A stretch of 64,000 nucleotides of DNA from an uncultured bacterium. GTDB lineage: Bacteria > Chloroflexota > UBA5177 > JANWHV01. Position numbers and translations under genes: made by a program. The notes below the pieces were generated by a model that worked only from the letters and a program-made list of their open reading frames with translations, ran no database searches and had not been told where the DNA came from. This document shows positions 29,087 to 39,700 of this stretch, one piece after another. Position 1 is the first letter of the stretch. Every line of letters starts with the position of its first letter. The stretch covers positions 96,001 to 160,000 of the forward strand of contig CAWHAE010000010.1 in assembly GCA_963827235.1 (NCBI GenBank). The letters are read 5' to 3'.

Positions 29087-30244
29087 TCAGGCGGACGCGA
29101 GGAAGCGTTCGGTGACGGCAGTGAAGAGGTTCACGCCGACCATGAGCGCATCTTCATCGACGTCCATGTGTGGCTCGTGCACATTGCTGGTAATTCCCCG
29201 CGCCTCGTTCCGCACACCAAGGGCAATGTACGTGCCGGGCACGGCGTTGAGGAACCCAGCAAAGTCGTCCGCGGCCATGATTGGCGGCACGGTCACGACG
29301 TTGTCGGCACCTAGCAGTTCGCTCGCCGCATGGACGACCAGGTTCGTCATGGCCGGATCGTTGTGCACAGGATCGTAGCCCGGCGTGATCGTGCAGTCGC
29401 AGGTAGCGCGGAAGGCCTCGGCCGTGCTCGTGGCTACCTGTGCGGTCCGGGTGCGCAGGTGATCGCGTGCCGCCGTGCTGAGAAACTGCATGATGCCCTT
29501 CATGTTGCAGGTAGCGGTGCTGCCGTGGATGCTAGTGACGGCCAAGCCGGCGGCTTCCTGCGGGTCCAGCTCACGCGCGACGAGGGAGTGCAGAGCGGTG
29601 ACAATCTGCGCGGCGGGCAGGATCGGATCGATGCAATGCTGGCGCGCGTACGGGTGACCACTTCTGCCGGTGATCTCCAGGGTGAAGACATCGAAACCGG
29701 CCACCATCGTGCCAGCACGGACGGCGATAGTGCCTACAGGCAGCACGGGATAGACGTGGAGGCCGAAGGCAGCGTCGACGTGCGGCGTCTCGAGCACCCC
29801 GGCGGCAATCATCTGGGCCGCGCCGCCGGGCAACTGCTCCTCCCCCGGTTGAAAGACGAGCTTGACATTGCCCGTGATCTGCCCGCGGCGCTCGGCGAGG
29901 ACGCGGGCCGCGCCCAAGAGCATGGCGGTGTGCGCGTCGTGCCCGCAGGCGTGCATCACTCCGGGAGTCTGCGAGCGGTAGGGCACGTCGTTCAGTTCCT
30001 GGATCGGCAGTGCGTCGATGTCGGCGCGGAGGAGCACGGTCCTTCCTGGCCGCGCGCCCCTGATGAGGCCCACGACGCCGGTACCGGCGATAGCGGTCTG
30101 TACATCGAGATTTAGGAGCCGCAGGCGCTCGGCAATCCAGCGCGCAGTCTCGTGTTCCTTGAAGCTTGGCTCGGGGTGCATGTGCAGGTGCCGCCGATCT
30201 TCGATGACCTGCGTTTCTATCGGCACCAAGTTGAGGGTTTCCAC
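29087..30244 (-). CDS. M20D-family amidohydrolase
   Basis: LHMHPEPSFKE, LRADIDALP, MHACGHDAH, FQPGEE, DDF; start inferred from RBS. Confidence 0.88.
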   Translation of the reverse strand: METLNLVPIETQVIEDRRHLHMHPEPSFKEHETARWIAERLRLLNLDVQTAIAGTGVVGLIRGARPGRTVLLRADIDALPIQELNDVPYRSQTPGVMHACGHDAHTAMLLGAARVLAERRGQITGNVKLVFQPGEEQLPGGAAQMIAAGVLETPHVDAAFGLHVYPVLPVGTIAVRAGTMVAGFDVFTLEITGRSGHPYARQHCIDPILPAAQIVTALHSLVARELDPQEAAGLAVTSIHGSTATCNMKGIMQFLSTAARDHLRTRTAQVATSTAEAFRATCDCTITPGYDPVHNDPAMTNLVVHAASELLGADNVVTVPPIMAADDFAGFLNAVPGTYIALGVRNEARGITSNVHEPHMDVDEDALMVGVNLFTAVTERFLASA

Positions 30245-30978
30245 GAACCCGTTCCCTCCGCCGTCCTCTTTGCGCTCTACTCTGTGTTGCCCAAGGAGCG
30301 TAGTCGGCGCCAGCCTGAGCCGACTACCTGCCCAAAGTGTACCGGACCCATGAGAGCCCATCGGTCGAGCAGGCTGCCCAAAAAGCGCGAAACAGGTCCT
30401 GTTGTGTCTTCTTCATGCCATGGGTATAGTCTGTTAACAGTCCTTGGAAAACCACTGTTCCACCGGCGCAGGCAGTAGCATAGGTCTTTCGATCAGGTGG
30501 TTTGGACCTTTGTGAAGGCGCTCTACGTGTCACTGAAATACTGGGGCGTATCCGCAAACTCACAATCGGGAGCGTCCCGCCGTGTCAGAGTCCGTCCCTA
30601 TGCCGATCTCTTCACAGTCACAGGGCAGCAGAGTCAGCAGCCTTGTCCAGATGGGTGTGGATCCGGGTTTGCAGATAGGCCCTAGCTCGGCGCCAGGCAG
30701 ATTCGACGGAGGGGACGGGCGGGATGCGTTCAAATACGGTTCAGATCGACGGGAAACGGTCTCTGCCCAGGGGACGGGCGGGGATGAAGCACTCTCCGGT
30801 CGATACCTGCACGTGGGTCTCCGGAGGCTCCGCGCTGATGCGCGGGGCGTCTGAATGAAGCGTCATGCGCGATGGGCGCAGCGGGAAAACTCCACGCCAA
30901 TTCACACCAGACCTCCATATTCAGCATCTTGTGGCAGCGATTGGTCCCACCACATGATGTTGTGAGGTCAAGGATGGA

Positions 30979-30998
30979 CACCGAAACCGGTTTCAGTG
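30979..30998. promoter_or_regulatory. 20-bp palindrome CACCGAAACCGGTTTCAGTG, copy 1 (just downstream of parB)
   Basis: Near-perfect inverted repeat; identical copy at 38233-38252. Confidence 0.75.
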
Positions 30999-31016
30999 CG
31001 ACGCGGCCGTGTTTGG

Positions 31017-32060
31017 TCAGCCGGGCGGGTCCATCTCGCCAGGCGAGTCGAGGTGCACCCGTTCCAGGAAACCGATGTAGCTGTCGAGGGCCTCGCGCAG
31101 GCGCCGCATGCGCTGCACGTACTCGGGCAGCTCCGCCACACCGGGCAGAAGCTCTCCGAGCCGGAGGTTCCGCAGCTGGGTTTCCATGGCGTCCACCCGC
31201 CTGGCAAAGTGGCGGACCTGGCGCCGGCGGGACTGCCGCGCGGGGGCGTCCAGCAGGGCGACTACCTCGCCCGCGGTGGGACCCTGCTCTCCCGGCGGCT
31301 CTTCGACCACATCCTCGGCGTCATCCAGGTCCACGCCGTGGCGATCGGGCAGGAGCGAGCGCACGAGCTCCTCGGTATCGCGGACCGAGAGGTGCCTGCC
31401 CACCACGTCGCCGAGCACCTCCAGGTGCATGGTGCCGGGCAGGCGCGCGATTGATCGCGCGTGACGCCCGCTGATCCGGCCTGCCTGGATCGCGGCCTTG
31501 ATCGGCTCGGGGGCATCCAGGAGGCTCAGCATCTGGTAGACCCGCCGGTCGCTCAGGCCGTGCCTGATTGGCAAGCTCCACCCAGCTCTGCGGCTGCAGA
31601 TCGCGCATGCGCGCCAGGGCCTGCGCTTTCTCCAGCTCGGTGAGGTCGGCCCGCAGCAGGTTCTCGGCCAGCTGCTTGCCCAGCACGTCGGCCGGATGGT
31701 CCGGGCGCGCGGTCGAGGAGCACCGGTACGCGCTCCATGCCCGCGATTTCCGATGCACGCCAGCGGCGCTCGCCGGTGACGATGGTGAACACGTCGTCGT
31801 CGTCGTCGTAATAGGCCGTGATCGGCGACTGCATGCCGTCCGCGATCAGCGAGGCGGCCAGCGCCTGCAGGGCCTTGGGGTCGAATGCCCGTGCGCGGCT
31901 GCCCGGGGTCCGGCCGCAGGCGCTCGCGCGCGATGAGCTTGGCGCCGGCGAGCGCCGATACGCCGTCGTCCTGCGTCTTGCGCAGATCTCCGAGCGAATC
32001 GGCGAGGGGATCAGGTCGGGTATGCTCGAGCTCGAAGTCGAAGTCCTTACGACGCGACAT
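31017..32060 (-). CDS. parB: ParB/Spo0J-family partition protein (about 3 frameshifts as given)
   Basis: Across frames: PDPGQPR, MQSPI, TGERRWRA, QLAENLLRADL..LEKA, HTH region, GRHARSI. Confidence 0.85.
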   Translation of the reverse strand: MSRRKDFDFELEHTRPDPLADSLGDLRKTQDDGVSALAGAKLIARERLRPDPGQPRTGIRPQGPAGAGRLADRGRHAVADHGLLRRRRRRVHHRHRRAPLACIGNRGHGARTGAPRPRARTIRPTCWASSWPRTCCGPTSPSWRKRRPWRACAICSRRAGWSLPIRHGLSDRRVYQMLSLLDAPEPIKAAIQAGRISGRHARSIARLPGTMHLEVLGDVVGRHLSVRDTEELVRSLLPDRHGVDLDDAEDVVEEPPGEQGPTAGEVVALLDAPARQSRRRQVRHFARRVDAMETQLRNLRLGELLPGVAELPEYVQRMRRLREALDSYIGFLERVHLDSPGEMDPPG

Positions 32061-32857
32061 CGCTGCTCATGCTTCCGCTGCCGTGAGGCTCGCGGGACGC
32101 GATCACGGCACCGAGATCGCGGTAGGCCTGGGCGGGCGCCGACCGCCTGCTATAGAGCGTCACCGGCTGCTTGGTGTTCAGCGCTTCCTGGACGGCGATG
32201 CTGTCGGGCACCATGGCGTCGAAGACCAGGGGTCCCCAGGTTCTGCGCATGTGGGCGATCGCCTTCTTGCCCAGGCTGGTGTGACTCTTTACCTGTGCGA
32301 GCAGTATGCCTTCGATCATCAGGTTATAGTTGCTCTCCTCGGCCACGTGCTTGACGCTGGCAATGGTCTCGGCCAGGGCATCGCGCGAGGAGCGGTCCTG
32401 CGGATTGAGCGGCAGAACGCAGCTGTGCGCGGCCACGAGACAGTTTGTGGTGAGAAAGCCGAGCAGCGGCGGCGCATCGAGCATCACGTAGTCGTAGCCG
32501 GCCAGCAGCGCGCGCTCCGCGCGGAGCCGGTCGCGCAGCAGTCGCTCGCGCCCGACGGTCGAGTCCCATATTGAGCTCGATACGCGCCAGGTCGGGATCG
32601 GCCGGGATGATGTTGATGTTGGCCAGGCCGCTCGGTCGCACCAGGTCGGCGAGCGACGTGCCGCCGATCAGGGCCGCCGAGAGCAGGTGCTCTCCGGGCC
32701 GCACGTCGAGGATGCTGGCAGAGAGGCTGCACTGCGGGTCCAGGTCCACGAGCAGCACGCTCCGGCCCTGCTCGGCGAGCGCACCGGCGAGATTCAGACA
32801 GGACGTCGTCTTGCCACAGCCGCCTTTGCGCTGCACAAACGCGATGATTCGTGCCAA
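32047..32857 (-). CDS. parA: ParA/Soj-family ATPase (one frameshift near 32565)
   Basis: QRKGGCGKTT, LVDLDPQ, YDYVMLDAPP, AQAYRDL. Confidence 0.9.
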
Positions 32858-33059
32858 GAATACCCCCGGCCGGAGACTCTGTGAGGCGCCCGATCCGGCT
32901 AGGCGCGGTCCGTGCCTACACCGCCAACGTACGAGTACAACGGGAGTGTACCATGCCGGGAATGGTGGCCACGCAACACGGTGGTCGCGGCATTTCGTGC
33001 GAATTCACGCCTTGCGCGCTCCGGGACGGTCTGCTACCGTGGTAGCCGTCTGGAGTGAG

Positions 33060-34256
33060 ATGACGCTCGATATCGTGGCCACGGCCGCACAGGTAGCCAG
33101 CATGGCGGACCGGCTGGCGGCCGGAGCCGAACGCATGAGGCCGCTGCCGGAGTTTGCTCAGGCCCTCATGGCTGCGCTGGCATGACCGGCACGAGGATGC
33201 GGTGGGCTATCTGGAGGGGGCGGAGCAGCGGGGCGTGTGGCCGTTTGCGCGTGCCCCTCGAGCCCCTGCTCACCACGCGTGGCGCTCCGCCGATGGCCGA
33301 CGAGTCGGCGGTGATCGCCACCGACGGCAGCCAGATCGACGTCGACAGTCACGGCCTGGTGCACTGCTACCTGATTAACATGGGATGGGCTGCCATCGCT
33401 TACGGGCCGGCTCCCGAAGCCTGGCTGGCCAGCGCTCCAGAAGTGCATTACGACGACCAGGAGCTGTTCACCGTGAGCGAGGACGGCGAGCTGCGCGAAG
33501 CCAGCGATCTGCAGCTCTCCATGCAGCGTGCGGTTGCCGAGATCGAGCAACTGGCGGACGCTGGCCGAGGATTGGCGCACGCGCCCGGGACTGGTTGCCC
33601 TGGCCGACGGCAGTCTGCTGCACTGGGAGCTCGGAGGGAAGGACGCGAACACGGAGCGGGCGCTGCTGTTGCGCCGCTATACGAGCGCGCTGGCGCGCTT
33701 CCGGCTGGCCGGCGTGCCCGTGTGCAGCTACATCAGCAGGCCGAACGCGCGCGAGGTGGCCAATACCGCGGCCCTGCTGGCTTTGCGAGATTGCGAGCGC
33801 GGCAGCCGGGCCCGTTGCGCGCAGTGCGAAGGGCGTCCGGACAGCCTGTGCGAGGCGCTGCGCGTGCTGGCCGATCGGGAGCTGATGGGCCATCTGCGTG
33901 CCGGCGAGAGCTCCGCCCTGTTTCGCAGCCTGTCCCCGGTACTGCAGCGAGTATGCGCCTGAAGACCGGATCGCATTTTGCTATATGCGAAACGAAGCAG
34001 AGATTGGACGCGTCGAGCTGCCGCTCTGGGCGTGCCGGCAGCCGTATCTCGACCGGGTGCTGGCCGCGGTTCACGACCAATGCAGGCGCGGCCGCGGCTA
34101 TCCGGTCGTGCTGATGGAGGCGCACGAGCAGGCGGTGATCCATAGCGGCGGGACGAGAGGCGTTCAGGGAGCTCGTGCTTCGGCGCCCTCAACACGCGCG
34201 GCATGGCGGCGAGCATCTCGAGCAAGCGGCTGAGCAAAGACCAACGCGCAGTGTGA
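33060..34256 (+). CDS. nurA: NurA-family nuclease (several frameshifts as given)
   Basis: ATDGSQID, LADGSL, SYISRP, RVELPLW, GYPVVLMEAHEQAVI, C-terminal SSKRLSK. Confidence 0.85.
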
Positions 34257-34270
34257 GGGAGAGTGGTCGT

Positions 34271-34900
34271 ATGGAGGCAGGCGACCGGGCGGCAGCCGCC
34301 GCGGCGGGAGAGGTGATCGCGGTTTCGACGACCAGCTTCGAGGCACAGAGCTACGTGCTCAACGACGCTCCGGCCTTCGGCAGTCTGGTGGTTACCAACG
34401 GGCCGGAGGGCCGCACGCATTTCGGACTCTGCAGCGGTACTGCCACGGGAGGCATCGAGCCCGGGCGGCATGCCATGGCCTGGGGAAGCGGAGACGAGGG
34501 TGATGCCGACATCTATGCGCGGCAACCCCAGCTCGCGCACGTGCTGCGCACGACGTTCTCCTGCGTGCTGGTCGGCTACGTCGCAGGCAAACGGCGCCGA
34601 TCGTGCAGAGGGTGCCGCCCCGGCCGCCGCGCGTCCACGAGCGCGTCTGGGTGGCCGACGACGGACGGCGCGCCGGTTCTACGGCGAGCTTGCCTATCTG
34701 CGCTTCCTGCTTCGAGCTGGTGTCGACACCGTGGAAGACCTGATGGCGGCGTCTATCGGACAGGCATACCAGCTTTTCGGCCGCGACCGCGACTTCATGA
34801 TGCGTGCCGGCAGGGTCGTCGCCAGGTTGCTGGCCGGCGACCACGATCGGTTGATGTCCGTTCTGGAGCTGCTCTCCGCCGAGGAGGAAGAGTGCCGTGA
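34271..34900 (+). CDS. HAS-barrel domain protein (frameshifted, 3' end uncertain)
   Basis: GEVIAVSTTSFEAQ..PAFGSLV..IY..QPQL..LRT; lies between nurA and herA. Confidence 0.75.
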   Translation: MEAGDRAAAAAAGEVIAVSTTSFEAQSYVLNDAPAFGSLVVTNGPEGRTHFGLCSGTATGGIEPGRHAMAWGSGDEGDADIYARQPQLAHVLRTTFSCVLVGYVAGKRRRSCRGCRPGRRASTSASGWPTTDGAPVLRRACLSALPASSWCRHRGRPDGGVYRTGIPAFRPRPRLHDACRQGRRQVAGRRPRSVDVRSGAALRRGGRVP

Positions 34901-36626
34901 GCGAGTACATGCAGTTCTTCCCGGGATCGCGGCAAGCGGAGTGGCGCGTGGCGAGGGATGGCAGGAGCAAGGGGGCACCCGTCTCGCTCGGCATGGTCAC
35001 ACACGGCTCTCTGCTCAAGGGGCTGACGCTGCGACTCGAGGACGGAACGTCGATCGAGTCAATCAGGGTGGGCCGGTTCGTGGTGATCGAAGGGCAGGAG
35101 AACCGCTTCTTCTGCCTCGTCACGGACATGGAATTGGGTTCGGCAAACGAGCGTTTGCTGATCGATCCGCCCGGGCGGAGCACATCCACTGGTGGCGGAG
35201 ATGCTGCAGGACGTGGTGACGTTCGGAACGGTGGCCATTCAGCCGATGCTGATGCTGCCCCGCTCCGGCGCCGAGACGGATGCGGGAGGCTCGCATCTGG
35301 AGCCCGTGCGCACCATACCCGTGCACTTCTCACCCGTGTACGACGCCATGGACGAGGACTTCGCCGAGGTGTTCGGCGCCGAGGACGCGCACGCACTTTG
35401 CCATAGGCAGGCCGCTGAACATGGACATCCCGGTCTGCCTGGATCTGGAGCGGATTGCCGAGCGCAGCAACGGGGTGTTTGGCAAGTCGGGCACCGGCAA
35501 GTCCTTCCTCACACGTACCCTGTTGGCGGGCATGATTCAGCGCAACATCGCCTCCACGCTGGTGTTCGACATGCACTCGGAGTACGGCTGGGAGACGCAG
35601 AGTGAGGAGGGCATGGGCCAGCGCCGCGTGCTCCCGGGACTGCGGCGCCTGTTTGGCGCACGTGTACACGTCTACACGATTGACCCGGAGAGCTCTCGCG
35701 CTCGGGGAGTGGCGACCGACGGCGTGCTCCGCATCGGGCTCAACCAGATCGAGATCGAGGATCTGGCCCTGCTGGCGGACGAGCTGGACTTTTCCGGCGC
35801 CATGCTGGACTCCTGCTACCTGCTGCGCTCGATGTGGGGCAAGGACTGGCTGCACCAGCTGTTGAGCTCCGACCCATCCGCCCTGGCGAACATCGCGGAG
35901 GGCGTGGGCGGCAATCGCAGCTCGCTGGCTGCAGTGTTCCGGAAGCTGTCGCAGATTCGCGACCTCGACTTCATACAGCCGAGCCTGGCACCGGACGAGG
36001 ACAGGCTGCTGGAGCTCATCGGCTGGCTCGAGCGCGGTGAGCACGTGGTGCTGGAATTCGGCCGTTACAGGCGGCCGCTGGTCTACATGCTTGTGGCCAA
36101 CATCATGACGCGACACATCTACGATCTCTGGGTGCGCAAGACCGAACAGTACCTGCTGAGCAAGGACGCGCGCGACGAGCCGCGACGCCTGGTTCTGGTG
36201 ATCGAGGAGGCGCACAAGTTTCTCAATCCGCGCGTGGCCAAGAGCACGAGCTTCGGCACCATCGCGCGGGAGATGCGAAAGTACTACGTCACGCTCCTGG
36301 TGGTCGATCAGCGGCCCAGCGGCATCGATCCGGAAGTGGCGTCGCAGCTCGGCACACGCCTGACGGCCCTGCTCACGGAGGAGAACGACATCAAGGCCGT
36401 GTTCAGCGGCGTCAGCGGCGGCGAGCATCTGAGGGCAGTGCTTTCCAGTCTGGACACGAAGAAGCAGGCGCTCATCCTCGGGCATGCGGTACCGATGCCG
36501 GTCGTGATCAGGACGAGGGAGTACGACGAGGAATTCTTCGAGTCGGTCAGTCCGCGCGGCATCGCGGCGCGGCAGGCGAAGGGCGCCAATCCAGAGCGGG
36601 ATCCGCTGCTGGATGCCTTCGAGTGA
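34897..36626 (+). CDS. herA: HerA-family ATPase (frameshifts in the 5' part)
   Basis: N-terminal HAS region GSLLKGL..VGRFVVIEG; GVFGKSGTGKS, VFDMHSEYG, VIEEAHKF, REMRKY, VDQRPS. Confidence 0.9.
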
Positions 36627-36649
36627 GGTGAGGGGCGGACTCGAGAGCG

Positions 36650-36686
36650 GCGGAAGAGCTCCGGCCAGCGGCCGGAGCTCTTCCGC
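36650..36686. terminator. 17-bp-stem hairpin between convergent herA and htrA
   Basis: GCGGAAGAGCTCCGGCC-agc-GGCCGGAGCTCTTCCGC. Confidence 0.8.
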
Positions 36687-36708
36687 GTGATTGGGGGGCC
36701 CGGTGGAC

Positions 36709-38061
36709 CTACTGAGAGGGGCGCTTGCCCAGGGTGACGGAGATGGTGATCGTCCTGCCGTCGCGGTCGACGGTCAGCCGCACCTTATCTCCAACGTGAT
36801 ACGTGTCGAGCACGTACTTGAAGTCGTGCTGCTCGTCGATCTGCTGCCCATTCACCGAGGTAACGACATCGTTGACCTTCAGGCCGGCCAGCGCGGCAGG
36901 TGAGCCCTTGCTCACCGAGAGAATGCGGGCGCCGACCGGTCTGCCGCTGGCGCTGGAGACCTGGGGCGAGATGGGATTGTACTCCACGCCCAGGAATGGC
37001 GTGGGGGTGTGGAAAATGATGCGGTCGGCAACGGCCTTGGCCGTGTTGCTGGGTATGGCAAAGCCGAGGCCCTCGGCCTGATCGCCCGACTGCACCAGTC
37101 CGTTGGAGCTCGTGCTGCGCACGACCGCCGTGTTGATTCCGATCACATTGCCGGCCAGGTCGACCAACGGACCGCCGCTGTTGCCGTGGTTGATCGCGGC
37201 ATCGGTCTGGATCAGATTCATCAGCATTTCCTGCCCGGTAGCATCGTTGCCGTTAGGCAGGCTACGTCCGAGGCCGCTGACGATGCCTTCCGTGACCGTG
37301 TTCTGCAGATCGCCCAGGGCGTTGCCGATCGCGATTACCGTCTCGCCGGGCGACAGCTTACTGCTGTCGCCGAAGTGGGCCACGGCGGGCATCTTGCCCG
37401 CGACCTTGATCACCGCTATGTCGTTGGTCGAGTCTCCGCCGACCACAGTGGCATCGCTCGTGGTGCCGTTGGCGAACGTGACCTTGAGGTTCTGAGCCTC
37501 GGAGATCACGTGATAGTTGGTGAGGATGTAGCCGCTCGCGTCGATGATGACGCCGGAGCCGGCGCTGGTCGACTGCGTCGATCCAAAGAGCCCCTGTTGC
37601 GGCTGCTGATTGTTGAGGATGCTGACGACGGCCGGACCGACCTGCTTGACCACGCTGGTCGACAGCGCGCTGACGTCGCCGCTTACGACACGCTCGCTCT
37701 GGAACGTGGGGGCCAGGGATGCGACCTCGGAGGACGAGCTCGAGGAGCCGCCGTCGTTGTGAGCGACGAAGGCACCGGCTCCAGCACCTGCCGCACCGCC
37801 CAAAAGGAGACAGATCGCTGCAAGGGCGGCAACGGCCCGGCCGCGCATGCCTTGCTGGGTCTTGGGTGGGAGGTGGAGTCGCTGGGTCGGCGTCGAGCCC
37901 GCGTAGGGCATGACGGGTTGGGTAGGCGCATCGTGGGCGGGCGCGCTGCCCGCTCGCGGTGCGGCGCCAAAGGCAGCGGAGGCATCCTGCCCGCGATCGC
38001 TTTCGGGCTGCCGCGAAGCGGCGCCAAGGCTGGAGTAATCAGAAGGGTCGTTCACCGACAT
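36709..38061 (-). CDS. htrA: HtrA/DegP-family membrane-anchored serine protease with PDZ
   Basis: GSGVII, TNYHV, DIAV, QTDAAINHGNSGGPL, PDZ GSPA. Confidence 0.95.
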   Translation of the reverse strand: MSVNDPSDYSSLGAASRQPESDRGQDASAAFGAAPRAGSAPAHDAPTQPVMPYAGSTPTQRLHLPPKTQQGMRGRAVAALAAICLLLGGAAGAGAGAFVAHNDGGSSSSSSEVASLAPTFQSERVVSGDVSALSTSVVKQVGPAVVSILNNQQPQQGLFGSTQSTSAGSGVIIDASGYILTNYHVISEAQNLKVTFANGTTSDATVVGGDSTNDIAVIKVAGKMPAVAHFGDSSKLSPGETVIAIGNALGDLQNTVTEGIVSGLGRSLPNGNDATGQEMLMNLIQTDAAINHGNSGGPLVDLAGNVIGINTAVVRSTSSNGLVQSGDQAEGLGFAIPSNTAKAVADRIIFHTPTPFLGVEYNPISPQVSSASGRPVGARILSVSKGSPAALAGLKVNDVVTSVNGQQIDEQHDFKYVLDTYHVGDKVRLTVDRDGRTITISVTLGKRPSQ

Positions 38062-38232
38062 TGTGCACAGATTCTCCCTGTCTGCAATCTGAGCGGCCGA
38101 GCCGGCCACCAATCTGAGGTGTATTCCAGATTCGATTGTACCGGTGATCTGCGTTCAAGTCAGAGAGTAACGGGGATCATTAAGAAGGCTTAATTCAAGC
38201 AGCTTCTGGAGAGACGGATGTCCAGCCGGCGG

Positions 38233-38252
38233 CACCGAAACCGGTTTCAGTG
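38233..38252. promoter_or_regulatory. 20-bp palindrome CACCGAAACCGGTTTCAGTG, copy 2
   Basis: Identical to 30979-30998; abuts the kinase stop codon, upstream of htrA. Confidence 0.75.
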
Positions 38253-38253
38253 T

Positions 38254-39681
38254 TCAGGCGGCCGGCAAGGAGAGCACGACTTCGGTGCCCGTGCCCGGCT
38301 CGCTATTCACTTCGACGTCGCCGTGGTGTGCGTGCATGATCGACTGCACGATCGGCAGGCCGAGCCCGCTGCCGCCCACGCTGGTTGCCGTGCTGGGGCC
38401 TCTGTAGAAGCGCTCGAAAATATGCGGTAGCTCGTCGGCTGGGATGCCGGGTCCCGTGTCGCGCACGTGCACGAGCACCGTGCGCAGCCTGCGCTCCACA
38501 CGCACGTCGACATGACCGCCGATAGGCGTGAACTTCACCGCGTTGAGCAGTACGTTGGAGAGGGCCTGTTGCATCCTGGCGGCATCTGCCTTGGCCAGGA
38601 CCGGGATGTCGGGTGCGTCATAGCCGATCTCGACGCCCTTGCGCTCGCCAGGCAGCCGGGCTTCGTCGACGACCCGAGCGACGAGCGGGCGGACGTCGAC
38701 GCGCTGCACACGTACTTCGGCCAGCCCGGCGTCGAACTTGGAGAGGTCGAGAAGATTCTGGGCGAGCCACTCCAGGCGCTCGATCTGCTGGGCACTCTCG
38801 TGAATGAATTCGTCGCGAATACGCTCGTCTTCCGCGGCGCCTTGGGCAAGCAGGTCGTTGAACGTGCGCAGCGCGGTGATGGGCGTACGCAGCTCGTGAG
38901 ACATGTCGGCAATGAAGGTGCGCAGGGCGTCGCGCTCGGATTCGAGCGTGGCGAAGCTGTCCTGAAGCTGCGAGGCCATGCGGTTGAAGCCCGCGCCAAG
39001 CTCGCCGATCTCGTCGTCGCCGTCCTGCGGCGCTCGAGCATTCAGGTTGCCGCTGCCCAGCCTGCGCGCGGCGTCCGTGAGCGCACGCAACGGTGCGGTG
39101 AGGCCCCTGCCGAGCAGCAGCCCCACGGCTGCTGCCACAGCGGTGGCAATCAGACTGAGCTCGAACACGGCCCTCTGGACGCGTCGCTCGGTGGTCTGCC
39201 GGTAGGTCAGCGGCTCGTCGAGCACTACGGAGCCCAGCGCACTGGTCGCGGAACTGCTCGTGGACGATTCGAGCGACTCGATAGGCCTCGTAGCGCTGAA
39301 CGTGTCGATCGCCGGCCGCGGCGATGTGCCTAAGGGGACGTCCAGGCCGACGTCACTGCAGCCGAGGGTACCGCCCGCCGAATCCACGGCGCAGATCCGA
39401 GCCTGAGTGGCCTGGCTGGCCTCGGCAAGGGCAGTCGCCGGCCGATCGAGCTCGTGGTACAGCAGATCGGCCGCGATAATGGCCCGGCGGTTGACGTCGG
39501 TGGCCACCTGCTGTCGCAAGACCTGGTCGAGACCCTGGGTGATGACCAGGCTCATGAACGTGCAGAGCAGCGCCGCCACGGCCATATACGATAGGGCCAG
39601 AAGCCACTGCAAGCTGTGCAGGAAATGGAAGGCGCGCACAAAACGCCTGAAGGCCGGCAGGAGACTCAAGGACGCGTTCAC
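38254..39681 (-). CDS. HAMP-domain sensor histidine kinase
   Basis: Two TM helices, HAMP, SHELRTP, NAVKF, DTGPGI, GSGLGL; GAGGAGG then GTG at 39681. Confidence 0.93.
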   Translation of the reverse strand: MNASLSLLPAFRRFVRAFHFLHSLQWLLALSYMAVAALLCTFMSLVITQGLDQVLRQQVATDVNRRAIIAADLLYHELDRPATALAEASQATQARICAVDSAGGTLGCSDVGLDVPLGTSPRPAIDTFSATRPIESLESSTSSSATSALGSVVLDEPLTYRQTTERRVQRAVFELSLIATAVAAAVGLLLGRGLTAPLRALTDAARRLGSGNLNARAPQDGDDEIGELGAGFNRMASQLQDSFATLESERDALRTFIADMSHELRTPITALRTFNDLLAQGAAEDERIRDEFIHESAQQIERLEWLAQNLLDLSKFDAGLAEVRVQRVDVRPLVARVVDEARLPGERKGVEIGYDAPDIPVLAKADAARMQQALSNVLLNAVKFTPIGGHVDVRVERRLRTVLVHVRDTGPGIPADELPHIFERFYRGPSTATSVGGSGLGLPIVQSIMHAHHGDVEVNSEPGTGTEVVLSLPAA

Positions 39682-39700
39682 GTGCAAGGCCCTCCTCGCG

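Noticed and set aside
34392-36485. Long antisense ORFs (697 aa here, and many similar elsewhere)
   Set aside because: Shadow ORFs typical of high-GC coding DNA, opposite well-supported genes
33060-36626. HerA-based anti-phage system (Sir2-HerA, DUF4297-HerA)
   Set aside because: The partners are NurA and a HAS-barrel protein, the housekeeping repair arrangement; no Sir2 or other effector is adjacent
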